From Spirulina sp. (GTDB lineage Bacteria; Cyanobacteriota; Cyanobacteriia; Phormidesmidales; Phormidesmidaceae): a stretch of DNA of 64,000 nucleotides. Position 1 is the first letter of the stretch. Every line of letters starts with the position of its first letter. The notes beneath the pieces were generated by a model. That model saw only the letters and a list, made by a program, of their open reading frames with translations, had not been told where the DNA came from and searched no databases. Shown piece by piece: positions 21,524-32,802 of this stretch. Location of the stretch: contig JBIPSI010000010.1 in assembly GCA_044070495.1 (NCBI GenBank), forward strand, positions 1 through 64,000, read 5' to 3'. The translations under genes were made by a program, and so were the position numbers.

Positions 21524-22309
21524 GTGACCCAGCCCGAAGCCCTACGTACCCTACTCGCCGCCGTTGCCCAGGGGCACGTTAGCCCCGATGCCGCCCTAGA
21601 GCAGTTGAAATACCTGGAATTTGAACCCATCGAAGACTTTGCCAAGGTCGATCATCACCGCACCCTACGGACAGGCTTTCCGGAGGTGATTTGGGGGCCA
21701 GGGAAAACGGTGGATCAAATCGTGCAAATTATGCGCAGTTTGCAGGCCCGTAACCCGGTGGTGATGGCCACCCGCATTGAGGCCGATGTCTACGAGCAAA
21801 TCCGCCAGCAATTGCCCGAAGCCCTGTACTACCCAATGGCCCGCATTTGTGCCCTAGTCCCCCTCAACCTAGCTCCCCATCGACCGGGCACCCTGGGTAT
21901 TCTCACTGCTGGCACAGCGGATCTCCCCGTAGCCGAAGAGGCGGCGGTGACGGCAGAGCTATCCGGCTTTCGCGTCGTGCGGTTGTGGGATGTGGGGGTG
22001 GCGGGGCTGCATCGCCTGTTGCGCCACCAGCACATGATTCGGGAGATGGACGTGCTGATTGTGGTAGCAGGCATGGAGGGAGCCTTACCCAGCGTGGTGG
22101 CGGGCTTGGCGGATTGCCCCATTGTGGCGGTGCCCACCAGCATCGGCTACGGGGCTAGCTTTCAAGGGCTTTCGGCCCTGCTGACCATGCTCAACTCCTG
22201 CGCCGTGGGCATTGGCGTCGTCAATATCGATAACGGCTTTGGCGCGGCGATGCTGGCGGGGCAAATTTTGCGTACTGGGGCGAAGCTGAACAATATTTCT
22301 AATCTGTAA
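21524..22309 (+). CDS. larB: LarB / CpmA family protein (PurE-like fold)
   Basis: FAKVDHHR..RTGFPEVI, AGTADLPVAEEA, DVGVAGLHRL, AGMEGALPSV, VPTSIGYG, VVNIDNGFGAA. Confidence 0.92.
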   Translation: MTQPEALRTLLAAVAQGHVSPDAALEQLKYLEFEPIEDFAKVDHHRTLRTGFPEVIWGPGKTVDQIVQIMRSLQARNPVVMATRIEADVYEQIRQQLPEALYYPMARICALVPLNLAPHRPGTLGILTAGTADLPVAEEAAVTAELSGFRVVRLWDVGVAGLHRLLRHQHMIREMDVLIVVAGMEGALPSVVAGLADCPIVAVPTSIGYGASFQGLSALLTMLNSCAVGIGVVNIDNGFGAAMLAGQILRTGAKLNNISNL

Positions 22310-22376
22310 GGACGGGGGACCCAGATCCTAGGAGTTGGCGGACTAGGTATGGGGAACGCAGGATTGGGATTGGGCC

Positions 22377-22901
22377 TTAGGCTTCCTGCCAAATCCATTT
22401 GCCCTCTTTCCACAGCGCCACGGCGGCTCCGATGGCGTACTTCACCACAATCTCCCCAAACAACAGCGCTACCATATCCGCCCGCGACAGCACCCCAGCA
22501 AAGGCAATCAGCGTAAACAGCAGGGTATCCAAGGGCACCGAAACCGCATTGCTCCCCGCCACCCGCACCAGCCAGGGATAGCGCAGCAGCTTTTGGTAGA
22601 CCTCAGTATCGGCAGTTTCAGCCAACACAATAGCCACAAAGCTGGCCAAAATAATCCGAAAAGGCACCCCCAGCAGCGCACTCATCAACACATTGGCCAG
22701 GGCCGCCACGGCAATGGTGCCATACACCCAACCCCGTCCGGCTTCGTGGAGGCGATCCCGCTGGGTAAAGGTGAGGCCAAACACAAAGGTACCCACCGCC
22801 ACCTGGCCAAAAATCGGCAGCGGAATAAACCAGGCCGCCGTATAGTTCGCCGCTAAGGTCGCTAGAACGTAGATTGCGCCGTTGATGAGAGATTTATTCA
22901 T
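22377..22901 (-). CDS. VUT family (YhhQ-like, putative queuosine-precursor) transporter
   Basis: Hydrophobic 174 aa; LAANY, GLTF..RD, RIILAS, ETADT.VY, SNAVS.PLDTLLF..IAF. Confidence 0.75.
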   Translation of the reverse strand: MNKSLINGAIYVLATLAANYTAAWFIPLPIFGQVAVGTFVFGLTFTQRDRLHEAGRGWVYGTIAVAALANVLMSALLGVPFRIILASFVAIVLAETADTEVYQKLLRYPWLVRVAGSNAVSVPLDTLLFTLIAFAGVLSRADMVALLFGEIVVKYAIGAAVALWKEGKWIWQEA

Positions 22902-22975
22902 GGAAGGCTCTAAAAGCGAATTGCGAGGAACCATGCCCCCGCAATTGCTGATAATTGAATCAATAGGGTTTGCTT

Positions 22976-23042
22976 AGAACCCAGGGTTGTGGAGAGGGAC
23001 TCGGATATGGGCCTCAGGACTCCTCACAAAACCCTGGGTTCT
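22976..23042. repeat. 13 bp inverted repeat element right after the glsF stop
   Basis: AGAACCCAGGGTT ... AACCCTGGGTTCT with 41 nt spacer. Confidence 0.6.
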
Positions 23043-23048
23043 GATGGG

Positions 23049-26000
23049 CTAGGATTGCGCCGAACTCAGCACCTTTTCCGCCGGATTGGCCTCAGAGCTG
23101 TCGGCCTCGGAGGGGGGCACCACCTGCCAGAACTTGGGCAGATACTCGCTCCAGTTATCGAGAATGCGCTGGGCCTTGGCGCTGCCCGTATGGGCGACGT
23201 GGGCTTCGATCAGGCTCTTCAACTGGGACTCTCCCGCCGGGGTAATCACCCGCTGCACCTTCACAATTTCTGGGTTAACCAGGGTGGGGAAGTTGCCGTC
23301 TTCGTCGAGGAAGTAGGCCAAGCCCCCGGTCATCCCCGCGCCCACGTTGCGACCCACTGGGCCGAGCACAACCACGGTGCCGCCCGTCATGTATTCGCAG
23401 CAGTGGTCGCCAGCCCCTTCAATCACCGCTTGCCCCTTGGAGTTACGCACGGCAAAGCGTTCCCCTGCCGTGCCCAGGGCGTAGAGGGTTCCCCCCGTTG
23501 CGCCGTAGAGGCAGGTGTTGCCGATAATTACGTTCTCGGAGGGATCGTAGGTGATATCTACGGGGGGCTTCACCACCAGTTCGCCGCCGTTCATGCCCTT
23601 GCCCACGTAGTCGTTCGACTCGCCGACAAGGGTAAGGGTCATCCCCGGCAGGTTGAACGCGCCAAAGCTCTGTCCAGCGCTGCCCTCAAAGGTGAGGTTG
23701 ATCTGCCCCTCAAAGCCAGCGTTGCCGTACTTATCGGCGATTACCCCCGCTACCCGTGCGCCCACGGTGCGGTCGGTGTTGATCACCTTGTAGGACTTGG
23801 CCACGGTGCCCTGGTTTTGGATGGCCTGCTGCACCTCGGCATCGGCCAGGATGGTGTCATCCAGCACGGGGCCGTTGCTGTGGACGGCTTCGTGGGTGAG
23901 CCAGCTCCGGTCTTGGCGCACGTCGGGCAGGTTGATTAGGGTCTCCAGGTGGAGGGACTGGGTTTTGGCGGGTTTTGCGCCATCGCGGGGCTTCAGCAGG
24001 TCAGACCGACCGACGATGTCTAGCAGGTTGGCGTAGCCCAGCCGTGCCAGCAGGGAGCGGACTTCTTCGGCGATGTAGAAGAAGAAGTTGACGACATGCT
24101 CAGGAATGCCCGTGAACCGCTTGCGGAGTTCTTCTTTTTGGGTGGCGACGCCGACGGGGCAGTTGTTGGTGTGGCAGACGCGGGCCATAATGCAGCCCTC
24201 GGCAATCATGGCAATAGAGCCAAAGCCGAATTCCTCGGCCCCCATCAGGGCACCCATCACCACATCCCAGCCCGTCTTTAGGCCACCATCCACCCGCAGG
24301 GTAACGCGGTCGCGCAGTTGGTTATCCAGCAGCACCTTGTGGACTTCGGTGAGGCCCAGTTCCCAGGGCACCCCGGCGTGCTTGATGGAACTGAGCGGCG
24401 ATGCGCCTGTGCCGCCATCGTGGCCGGAAACCTGGATGATATCGGCGTTGGCCTTGGCGACCCCCGCCGCAATGGTGCCGATGCCCACCTCCGACACCAG
24501 CTTCACCGAAACGCCCGCCTTGGGGTTGATCTGGTGCAGGTCAAAGATGAGCTGGGCCAGGTCTTCAATGGAGTAGATATCGTGGTGGGGCGGCGGCGAA
24601 ATCAGCGATACCCCCGGCTTCGAGCGGCGCAGCATGGCGATGTAGGGGCTGACCTTTTTACCGGGTAGTTGCCCACCCTCACCAGGTTTTGCGCCCTGGG
24701 CCAGCTTAATTTCAATCTGCTTGGCGTGCATCAGGTATTCCGGCGTCACCCCAAAGCGACCGGAAGCCACCTGTTTGATGGCAGAACTGGCGGTGTCACC
24801 GTTCCGCAGGCCGCGCAGGTGGGGGAAGGTGGGAGAGTTGCCCTCGCCATCCACATCGTTCAGCACGTTGAAGCGCACCGGATCTTCGCCGCCCTCGCCG
24901 GAGTTGGATTTGCCGCCAATCCGGTTCATGGCGATGGCCAGCACCTCGTGGGCCTCGCGGGACAGCGCCCCCAGGGACATACCCCCGGTGCAGAACCGCT
25001 TCATAATCGACTCCACCGACTCCACCTGGTCGAGGGGAATGGGCTGACGGTCGCTCTGTAGATCCAGCAGGTCACGCAGAGCGGTGAGGGGGCGGTTCTC
25101 AAGCTGCTCTTTGTAGAGTTCGTAGTGGTCGTACTGGCGATCCGCCACGGCCTTGTGCAGCAGCTTGGTCATGGCCGGGTTGTTCATGTGGTACTCGCCG
25201 CTGGGCCGAGACTGCACAAAGCCCATGTTTTGCAGGCGCTTGGCCACTTCGGGGAAGGCTCGCTGATGGAAGCTTAGGGTTTCCTGGGCCAAGTCCGCGA
25301 TGGACAGGCCCCCCAGCCGCGAGGTGGTGCCCCGGAAGGCCAGTTCCAGCAGGTCTTCGCCAATGCCGATGGCCTCGAAAATCTGCGCCCCCTGGTAGCT
25401 GGTAATCAGGGAAATCCCCATCTTGGAGAGGATCTTCAGCAGACCCGCATCCACGGCCTTGCGGTAGTTGTCCTGGGCACCGTTGAGGGTAGACACAGGC
25501 AGCTTGCCGCTTTCCATCAGCTTTTGGGTGCGGCTGTCCGACCACCAGTGGCGCACCGATTCTAGCGCCAGGTAGGGGCAGACGGCACTGGCCCCATAGC
25601 CAATCAAGCAAGCGAAGTGGTGGGTGCTCCAGCACTGGGCGGTATCGACCACCAGGGAGGTGTGCATCCGCAGGCCGTTGCGAATCAGGTGATGGTGAAC
25701 GGCCCCCACGGCCAGCAGGGGCGGAATGTAGGTGGTTTCAGCGCTGAGGGTGGTGGGGTTGCCGTTAGCGTCCACCCGATCACTCAGCACTAGGATGGTT
25801 TTGCCAGCCTTCACCGCCTGGTCGGCCTGCTCACAGAGGGCATCCACCGCCTTGGCCAAATCCCCAGGGCCATCGGCCAGGGTGTATAGGGTGGACAGGG
25901 TGGCGGTGTCAAAGCCGGACTGGTGAATTTGGGCCAGTTCCACCTCGTTGATCACCGGGCTTTCCAGCTTCAGCAGGCGGGCATATTCGGGCTTCTCGTC

Positions 26001-27743
26001 CAGCAGGTTGCCCCTGGCCCCCAGTTGGGTGGTCAGGGACATCACCAGCCGCTCCCGCAGGGGGTCGATGGCGGGGTTGGTCACCTGGGCAAAGCGCTGC
26101 TTGAAGTAGTCGTAGAGCAGGTGGGGCTTGTCGGAGAGCACCGCCAGGGGGATGTCGTCGCCCATGCAGTAGGTCGGTTCCTTAGCCTGGGCCGCCATGT
26201 CTTGGATGATCATGTCCACATCCTCGACGGTGTAGCCAAAAGCGCTTTGTTGCTTCAGCAGAGCCTCGCCGTCGTAGAGGCTGGCTGCGGCGAACAACTG
26301 GGGCGAAATTTCCTTGCGGTGAGCCTTCAGCCAGTCGCCGTAGGGATGACGATGGGCCACCCGCTGCTTCAGCGTCCAGTTTTTCAGAATTTCCTGGGTA
26401 TCGAGATCCACGGCGATCATCTGGCCAGGGCCAAGCCGCCCTTTTTCCACGATGTCGCTGGCGGCCACATCCAACACCCCGGCTTCCGAGGACACCATCA
26501 GCAGGCCGTCCTTGGTCACCACGTAGCGAGCCGGACGCAGACCGTTTCGATCCAGGGTTGCCCCCACCTGATGGCCATCGCTAAACACGATCAGCGCAGG
26601 CCCATCCCAGGGTTCTTGCAGGCCGCTGTAGTACTCGTAAAAGTCGGTGATTTCAGGGTACTGATCCAGGGCGGGCTGGTTGTTGTAGGCCTCCGGCACC
26701 ATGATCATCAGGGCTTCCTGGGGCGTGCGGCCTGAGCGCACCAGCATCTCCATGACGTTATCGAGGTTGGCGGAGTCGCTGTTGTCCAAATTGACAATGG
26801 GCTTCAGCATCTCCACCCGGTCGCCCCAAATCTCGTGGGACAGATCCGCCTGCCGAGCCATCATCCAGTTGACGTTGCCCACCAGGGTATTGATTTCGCC
26901 GTTGTGACCCAGCAGCCGCATGGGGTGGGCTAGGGGCCACTTGGGCATGGTGTTGGTGCTAAAGCGACGGTGATACACCGCAAAGGCGCTGACAAAGGCG
27001 GGGTTGGTCAGATCGTTGTAGAAGCTGGCCAGCACCGAGGAGCGCACCATCCCCTTGTATACAATCGTGCGGCAGGAGAAGGAGCAGACGTAGAAATCGC
27101 CCAGGGCGGCAACCTGCTCAGCAGATAGCGTGCCGCCCGTTTTCAGTTGGGCTACCGCATGGAGCACCTGTCGCCGCACCAGATAAAGCTTGCGTTCCAG
27201 ATCCTCGCCCGTGGCCGACTCCGAAGCCACCACCAACTGCTCGATATGGGGCTGAAACTGCTTGGCCAATGCGCCCAGCACATCAGGATTAACGGGAACC
27301 TGCCGCCAGCCCACTAGGGTCAGTCCTTCGGATTGGAGGACGCGCTCGAAGGTTTCACGCACGAGAGCCGCTGCGGTCTCATGCTGGGGCAAAAAGATCA
27401 TCCCCACGCCCGTTTGAGCTGGGTTGAGAGCCGCTTTACCCGATTCCGAGGCCCAGGTCTGCAAAATCGCCCAGGGAATCGCCGTCATCACCCCGGCCCC
27501 ATCGCCAGAATCCTGGTCGGCACAGCACCCGCCCCGGTGCTCCATGCAGTCCAGGGCCGCCAAGGCTCTGGATACTAAGTCATGGCTGGCCCGATTCTGC
27601 TGATCGGCCAAAAAGCCAACGCCGCAAGCATCCCGCTCTTCCACAATGGATTTTGGCCCCCAGTTGGGCCAAGGAGCAGAGGATTGAGGCTGCGATGGAT
27701 GCGAGTGGTTCACAGGTGTATGTCCCATGGGATAGCAGGTCAA
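23049..27743 (-). CDS. glsF: Ferredoxin-dependent glutamate synthase (Fd-GOGAT)
   Basis: [55 protein letters not shown]; no gltD adjacent. Start may be 27728 or 27713. Confidence 0.95.
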   Translation of the reverse strand: MTCYPMGHTPVNHSHPSQPQSSAPWPNWGPKSIVEERDACGVGFLADQQNRASHDLVSRALAALDCMEHRGGCCADQDSGDGAGVMTAIPWAILQTWASESGKAALNPAQTGVGMIFLPQHETAAALVRETFERVLQSEGLTLVGWRQVPVNPDVLGALAKQFQPHIEQLVVASESATGEDLERKLYLVRRQVLHAVAQLKTGGTLSAEQVAALGDFYVCSFSCRTIVYKGMVRSSVLASFYNDLTNPAFVSAFAVYHRRFSTNTMPKWPLAHPMRLLGHNGEINTLVGNVNWMMARQADLSHEIWGDRVEMLKPIVNLDNSDSANLDNVMEMLVRSGRTPQEALMIMVPEAYNNQPALDQYPEITDFYEYYSGLQEPWDGPALIVFSDGHQVGATLDRNGLRPARYVVTKDGLLMVSSEAGVLDVAASDIVEKGRLGPGQMIAVDLDTQEILKNWTLKQRVAHRHPYGDWLKAHRKEISPQLFAAASLYDGEALLKQQSAFGYTVEDVDMIIQDMAAQAKEPTYCMGDDIPLAVLSDKPHLLYDYFKQRFAQVTNPAIDPLRERLVMSLTTQLGARGNLLDEKPEYARLLKLESPVINEVELAQIHQSGFDTATLSTLYTLADGPGDLAKAVDALCEQADQAVKAGKTILVLSDRVDANGNPTTLSAETTYIPPLLAVGAVHHHLIRNGLRMHTSLVVDTAQCWSTHHFACLIGYGASAVCPYLALESVRHWWSDSRTQKLMESGKLPVSTLNGAQDNYRKAVDAGLLKILSKMGISLITSYQGAQIFEAIGIGEDLLELAFRGTTSRLGGLSIADLAQETLSFHQRAFPEVAKRLQNMGFVQSRPSGEYHMNNPAMTKLLHKAVADRQYDHYELYKEQLENRPLTALRDLLDLQSDRQPIPLDQVESVESIMKRFCTGGMSLGALSREAHEVLAIAMNRIGGKSNSGEGGEDPVRFNVLNDVDGEGNSPTFPHLRGLRNGDTASSAIKQVASGRFGVTPEYLMHAKQIEIKLAQGAKPGEGGQLPGKKVSPYIAMLRRSKPGVSLISPPPHHDIYSIEDLAQLIFDLHQINPKAGVSVKLVSEVGIGTIAAGVAKANADIIQVSGHDGGTGASPLSSIKHAGVPWELGLTEVHKVLLDNQLRDRVTLRVDGGLKTGWDVVMGALMGAEEFGFGSIAMIAEGCIMARVCHTNNCPVGVATQKEELRKRFTGIPEHVVNFFFYIAEEVRSLLARLGYANLLDIVGRSDLLKPRDGAKPAKTQSLHLETLINLPDVRQDRSWLTHEAVHSNGPVLDDTILADAEVQQAIQNQGTVAKSYKVINTDRTVGARVAGVIADKYGNAGFEGQINLTFEGSAGQSFGAFNLPGMTLTLVGESNDYVGKGMNGGELVVKPPVDITYDPSENVIIGNTCLYGATGGTLYALGTAGERFAVRNSKGQAVIEGAGDHCCEYMTGGTVVVLGPVGRNVGAGMTGGLAYFLDEDGNFPTLVNPEIVKVQRVITPAGESQLKSLIEAHVAHTGSAKAQRILDNWSEYLPKFWQVVPPSEADSSEANPAEKVLSSAQS

Positions 27744-28118
27744 GCGAGGGGATAGGTCTGAAACAAGCGGTCAAAGAGTGAGCCAATTCATCAAAGAATT
27801 GACTGCATCACGGTCGAAACCTTGGACAATTTAATAAGCCTTACGAAGGCCGAGGCGGTGGTGTCATAGCGTCAAGGCAGGATTCGTATGATAAACCATC
27901 CAGCCCTGGCACCTAAACCGCCATAACACCGTCCTGTTGAGTTGGGGGAAGCAGAGCCGAAAAGATCGCCCTACCTTGCCTATAATTTACAGACTTTATC
28001 AGTAGTTTACAGACCTTAGCATCTCCTTGGGTCAAGGTTCGTTAATGGATTGACCCGCCGTGCCCGATGCCTATCCTCATCAAGCCTTTATCCAGCCCCC
28101 AAGGGAGTCGATTTTGCT

Positions 28119-29984
28119 ATGACGCCATCCCCCCGTTTCGGCCTCCATTTGCCTCTGCTGACTAGCCTACTGATCGGTCTAGCCCATTCGGCGATTATCT
28201 TTATCTCTAGCGCTGATGCCACCGAGACTTCCCCCGATTCGCGATCCGATGCCATCTCAGCCGAATCGGGGATTCAACTGGGGACGCTATCCGCATCTAC
28301 TGCCCCATCGGAGGTTTCCGTTACCGTCGCCCAGGCGGTCATTGCTACGGGGAATCGGGTGAGCATCAACGGCATGAGTGCCTCAATACCCTGGATGCAG
28401 CGGGATAACCAGATTGGTTTGGCGGATTATGGCCTGACGGATTACTTGGGAATCACGTTGCTGAATACGAACGATGCCCAGCGCCAGCCCGTGCAGTGGT
28501 TCTCTAGTAGTCAAACCCCGACCGTCCTCAGCGCTTGGGTGCAGGGGGGGCATCGTTACCTTGATCTCACGCCGCTACAAACCACCCACGGATGGACAGC
28601 CACGGTGCAAGGGCAAACCCTCAATTTGACCGTGCCCACCACCCAAATCACCGCCCTGCGTTCTGGCAATCAGCCCTGGGGTCAGCGCTGGGTGATGGAT
28701 GTCTCTGGGCCGACGGTGGCCCAAATTAGCGAAACCGCCGGAGCCGTCACCGTCACCCTTGCGGCCACGGCCTCCTCTTCAGTGAACCCATCCGTGGCCC
28801 CATCTGCGACCCGTCCACCCAGGGGGCAGGCTCCGGCACAAATTACCCCAGTCGGACAGTCTATCCGGATTACCCTTCCGGTCTCTGATACCAACGCCCG
28901 TCCGGTGCTGTTCACCCTCACCAATCCCCACCGGGTTGTGGTGGATGTGCGTACTGATCATTTGCGGCCCTTGGATATCCTCTGGGCACCGGGTCTGCGC
29001 TGGCGGCAGCAGTACTTCACGGTTGGCACCAAAACCCTGCCCGTCTACTGGCTCCAACTCAGCGCTAGGGAGGCCCAAACCACCCTGCGCCCGATCTGGA
29101 CAGATCCCACTACCGCCACAGGCATCACCCCCCTGCAAACCATGGCCCAGCGCTGGCAGGTCGCAGCAGCCATCAACGCCGGATTCTTCAACCGCAACAA
29201 CCAGTACCCCCTAGGGGCCGTCCGCTATAGCAACGACTGGATTTCTGGCCCCATCCTCGGTCGTGGCGTGGTGGGCTGGGGCAACGGGCAGGTGCAGATG
29301 GATCGCCTTACCCTGCGGCAAACCCTGAGAACGGGGAGCGGCCAAACCTACCCTATTCAGGCTATCAACAGCGGTTATGTGCAAGCGGGTATGGGGCTGT
29401 ATACTCCCGCCTGGGGCAGCACCTATCGCCCGATTACGGAGTCTGAACGAATTGTGACGGTACGAAATCAGCAGGTGGTCGGCCAACAGTCGGTGACGGG
29501 TAACGGGAGCGTTCCGATTCCCCAAGACGGCTATATTCTCGCCCTCCGCGCCTACGATACCCCCGCCCCAGCGCTGACTTCGGGCACCGCCGTCACGATT
29601 CAGTCTGACTTCGTTCCCCCGACCCTCGCGCCTTTCCCCCACATTGTCGGCGGAGGTCCCTTGCTGATCCGCAATCGGGGAATTGTCTTGGATGCCGCCC
29701 TAGAACAATTCGGGAGCGCCTTTGCCAGCCAAGCCGCTCCCCGCAGCGCTATCGGTTACACGGCAAATGGGGACATCCTACTGGTCGCCATCCATAACAG
29801 CCCCGCTGGCCCTGGCCCCACCCTGGCTGAAACCGCGCAAATCATGGCCCAACTCGGTAGCACCGATGCCCTCAACCTCGATGGCGGCAGTTCCGCCAGC
29901 CTCTACCTAGGGGGACGACTGATCAACCGCCACCCGCGCACCGCCGCCCGTGTAAATAATGGAATCGGCGTCTTTCTGCCCTAA
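28119..29984 (+). CDS. Exported phosphodiester glycosidase (NAGPA/DUF2233) family protein
   Basis: Signal-like N-terminus, AMIN-like LTNPHRVVVDV, AAINAGFF, APRSAIG, ALNLDGGSS. Confidence 0.85.
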   Translation: MTPSPRFGLHLPLLTSLLIGLAHSAIIFISSADATETSPDSRSDAISAESGIQLGTLSASTAPSEVSVTVAQAVIATGNRVSINGMSASIPWMQRDNQIGLADYGLTDYLGITLLNTNDAQRQPVQWFSSSQTPTVLSAWVQGGHRYLDLTPLQTTHGWTATVQGQTLNLTVPTTQITALRSGNQPWGQRWVMDVSGPTVAQISETAGAVTVTLAATASSSVNPSVAPSATRPPRGQAPAQITPVGQSIRITLPVSDTNARPVLFTLTNPHRVVVDVRTDHLRPLDILWAPGLRWRQQYFTVGTKTLPVYWLQLSAREAQTTLRPIWTDPTTATGITPLQTMAQRWQVAAAINAGFFNRNNQYPLGAVRYSNDWISGPILGRGVVGWGNGQVQMDRLTLRQTLRTGSGQTYPIQAINSGYVQAGMGLYTPAWGSTYRPITESERIVTVRNQQVVGQQSVTGNGSVPIPQDGYILALRAYDTPAPALTSGTAVTIQSDFVPPTLAPFPHIVGGGPLLIRNRGIVLDAALEQFGSAFASQAAPRSAIGYTANGDILLVAIHNSPAGPGPTLAETAQIMAQLGSTDALNLDGGSSASLYLGGRLINRHPRTAARVNNGIGVFLP

Positions 29985-30458
29985 CGCTGGGCCATCTACT
30001 CATGAAGCATCTGAGGGGAAGCCGTTAGCCAGGGCTTTAACCATTTAAAGAATTTGTGTGGTTTCGCCTCTCCCCGTGGGCTCACCCTTGCGTCTTGGGG
30101 GGGGCTTGCTAAACTTAGCCTGAGTCATCCGCAATTTCTCTGAGGTCGCCTCTCCGATGTTTTCTGGGCAATCCCGGGATCCTCTCCAGAGTCACTAGGG
30201 TTCACATATCCATGCTCCCTAGCGGTATGAGCAATCTGGGCCATGCCAGAATCGTGTCACCAAATTGCGATCATCCCAACTTGGGTAATCCTACGGAGAG
30301 ACTTCTTGACGCCTCAGGGAACGCTATGACTGGACGACCTCTGGCACCCATGACCCTTGCCTCCAGTCTGGGGCCTTGTCGCCGCTATGTCTAACGGCCC
30401 GATACCCAGGCTTCAACTCAGCCAACCACCCAAGCGATTTCTAGGAGACGATGTCACT

Positions 30459-30887
30459 ATGCCCAAGCTAGAAGAGTCTATCCAGCCCACCGCCCTGGCC
30501 CTAACCAACGGCAACGGCAAGGAGGTTGCTGAAACTGGCCTACGCCCCTGGGGTTCCTACACCGTCCTTGAGGAAGGCCGAGGTTATAAAATCAAGCGTA
30601 TCGAAGTAAAGCCCGGTCATCGACTAAGCTTGCAACTTCACCACCATCGCAGCGAACACTGGATTGTGGTCTCCGGCACCGCCAAGGTCACCTGTGGCGA
30701 GAACGAAATTCTCCTGTCCACCAACCAATCCACCTACGTCCCCCCCTGCACCCAGCACCGCTTAGAAAACGTCGGCGTTATCCCCCTCGTCCTCATCGAA
30801 GTCCAAAATGGCGAGTATTTGGGCGAAGACGACATCGTGCGCTTCCAAGACGACTACGCCCGCATCAGCGACGTTTCCAAGTCATAA
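30459..30887 (+). CDS. Stand-alone mannose-6-phosphate isomerase type II cupin domain
   Basis: RPWGSY, RLSLQLHHHRSEHW, HRLEN, EVQNGEYLGEDDIVRFQD. Confidence 0.9.
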   Translation: MPKLEESIQPTALALTNGNGKEVAETGLRPWGSYTVLEEGRGYKIKRIEVKPGHRLSLQLHHHRSEHWIVVSGTAKVTCGENEILLSTNQSTYVPPCTQHRLENVGVIPLVLIEVQNGEYLGEDDIVRFQDDYARISDVSKS

Positions 30888-31014
30888 CGGCTGGAGCCAG
30901 GGTTTCCATTTCTATGGCTCCGCATTCGCAAAACCGAGGGAAGCGCCCCAATCCAGCCCCTCTTTTGGCAACGGCCCCTCTCTCCGTGACGATTCAACCC
31001 CAGATCCAACCTCC

Positions 31015-31046
31015 ACCGACCGTCTACCCCAAGGCGGTCGGTTTTT
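31015..31046 (+). terminator. Intrinsic terminator
   Basis: ACCGACCGTC-loop-GGCGGTCGGT then T run. Confidence 0.7.
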
Positions 31047-31183
31047 GTTAACGTTCTCGCCGACCCTGAAAGCAAGGAAATTCTCGTACTTTACATCCCG
31101 ATTCTTCCCCGTGATAGGCTATTGTCCGGTGCGCCACTAGGCCCACGCCCACGGCCCCAACCGCCTTTCTCCTCAGCCTTGCC

Positions 31184-31561
31184 ATGATTCACCTGCGTCC
31201 AGCCGCCGCTCAAGAAATTCAGCGACTTTTGCAGCATCGGCCCCAATCCACCAACCGTATGCGTATCAACCTACGGCCCAGCGACTGCGCCGAATGGGCC
31301 TACGACCTAGGGCCTGCCGATACTGTCAGCGGCGAGGAAATTACGATTAACTGCGGTGATCTCCAGGTAGTTGTCGCGCAGGATCACCTTCTCCTCCTGC
31401 AAGATCTCACCATCGACTATTCCGAAGATCTCATGGGCGGAGGGTTTCGTTTTATGAACCCCCAAGCCCAGCAAACCTGTGGTTGCGGCAATGCCTTTTC
31501 CGTTACCGCTGCTGCAACTGCTGAAGGCAGCCACAATTCAATGGCCCAATCCCAGGTTTGA
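31184..31561 (+). CDS. HesB/IscA family Fe-S carrier protein
   Basis: IDYSEDLMGGGFRF.NP...TCGCGNAF plus upstream Cys. Confidence 0.88.
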   Translation: MIHLRPAAAQEIQRLLQHRPQSTNRMRINLRPSDCAEWAYDLGPADTVSGEEITINCGDLQVVVAQDHLLLLQDLTIDYSEDLMGGGFRFMNPQAQQTCGCGNAFSVTAAATAEGSHNSMAQSQV

Positions 31562-31647
31562 CGAAAGCCATCCATCAGTGATACACTAGACCCTTGTGAA
31601 AACTTTTGAATCACTAGCCATACTGTAGCGTCTAGAGCACCTGATCT

Positions 31648-32022
31648 ATGCCCACGATTCAGCAACTCATTCGGAGTGAGCGTCAGAAAACCGAGAAAAA
31701 GACCAAGTCTCCTGCCCTAAAAAGCTGCCCCCAACGCCGTGGGGTATGTACCCGTGTCTACACCACCACCCCCAAGAAGCCCAACTCTGCCCTCCGTAAA
31801 GTTGCGCGGGTGCGTCTTACCTCTGGTTTTGAAGTAACCGCCTACATTCCCGGTATTGGACACAACCTGCAAGAGCACTCCGTGGTCATGATCCGTGGCG
31901 GTCGTGTGAAAGACTTGCCTGGGGTTCGCTATCACATCATTCGCGGCACCCTAGATACTGCTGGCGTGAAGGATCGTCGGCAAGGGCGTTCCAAGTATGG
32001 CGCTAAGCGTCCCAAGTCCTAG
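31648..32022 (+). CDS. rpsL: 30S ribosomal protein S12
   Basis: [27 protein letters not shown]. Confidence 0.99.
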   Translation: MPTIQQLIRSERQKTEKKTKSPALKSCPQRRGVCTRVYTTTPKKPNSALRKVARVRLTSGFEVTAYIPGIGHNLQEHSVVMIRGGRVKDLPGVRYHIIRGTLDTAGVKDRRQGRSKYGAKRPKS

Positions 32023-32206
32023 AACAGACTTCTAGCTTTCGGCGATGGTGTGGCTAGTCGCAACGATTCATCGTGTCTGAAAAGCAATTTCTGGTCTGAA
32101 ATTCATCGGCTGGCTGTCCTCAAAGCCTGGGAAACGCATCTAAACCATGCGTTTTTTCCACCTCTAACATCGATCCTTACGTTCCACAGACTTCGGAAGA
32201 TAAGTT

Positions 32207-32677
32207 ATGTCCCGTCGTACCGTTATTCAGAAACGTCCGATTCCCCCCGATTCGGTCTATAACAGCCGCCTCATCACCATGATGAGCCGTCGTTTGATGA
32301 CCAGCGGCAAGCGCTCCCTGGCCGACCGCATCATCTACGATTCCTTCAATATCATTAAGGAACGTAGCGGTGGCGATCCCCTCGAAGTGTTCGAGCGGGC
32401 TGTCCGCAACACCACTCCCCTGGTCGAGGTAAAGGCTCGCCGGGTGGGGGGGGCTACCTACCAAGTTCCCATGGAAGTCCGTCCTGAGCGGGGTGTAGCA
32501 CTGTCTCTGCGCTGGTTGACCCAGTTTTCCCGGCAGCGTTCTGGTAAATCCATGGCCATCAAGCTAGCTAACGAGCTGATGGATGCAGCCAACGAAACGG
32601 GCGGTGCGGTACGTAAACGGGAAGAAACCCACCGTATGGCTGAAGCGAACAAGGCTTTCGCTCACTACCGATACTAG
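32207..32677 (+). CDS. rpsG: 30S ribosomal protein S7
   Basis: [25 protein letters not shown]. Confidence 0.99.
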   Translation: MSRRTVIQKRPIPPDSVYNSRLITMMSRRLMTSGKRSLADRIIYDSFNIIKERSGGDPLEVFERAVRNTTPLVEVKARRVGGATYQVPMEVRPERGVALSLRWLTQFSRQRSGKSMAIKLANELMDAANETGGAVRKREETHRMAEANKAFAHYRY

Positions 32678-32684
32678 GCCGTCC

Positions 32685-32733
32685 ATACCCATCGCTAGGT
32701 GTCTGGGGCAGGCCCGGCGCTAGCGATGGGTAT
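32685..32733 (+). other. Stem-loop in rpsG-fusA spacer (processing/stability or partial termination)
   Basis: ATACCCATCGCTAG ... CTAGCGATGGGTAT, 14 bp perfect arms. Confidence 0.55.
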
Positions 32734-32802
32734 CGCTTTATTGAAAACAGGTCTAAAACAGTGCGGTTAATGGACTAGCTCCATACTAATCAGGAGGTAG
32801 CT

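Noticed and set aside
22902..22975. preQ1 riboswitch upstream of the VUT transporter
   Set aside because: A hairpin is present but I cannot match the preQ1 loop or A-rich tail; a covariance search would settle it.
23019..23028. ACTCCTCACA, 10 nt of the Yfr1 motif, on the + strand
   Set aside because: Lies inside an inverted-repeat element with no promoter/terminator pair, and is too far from the VUT start to be a clear target site.
30035..30055. Pho box-like TTTAACCA TTTAAAGA
   Set aside because: Period is 8 bp, not the 11 bp expected for SphR boxes.
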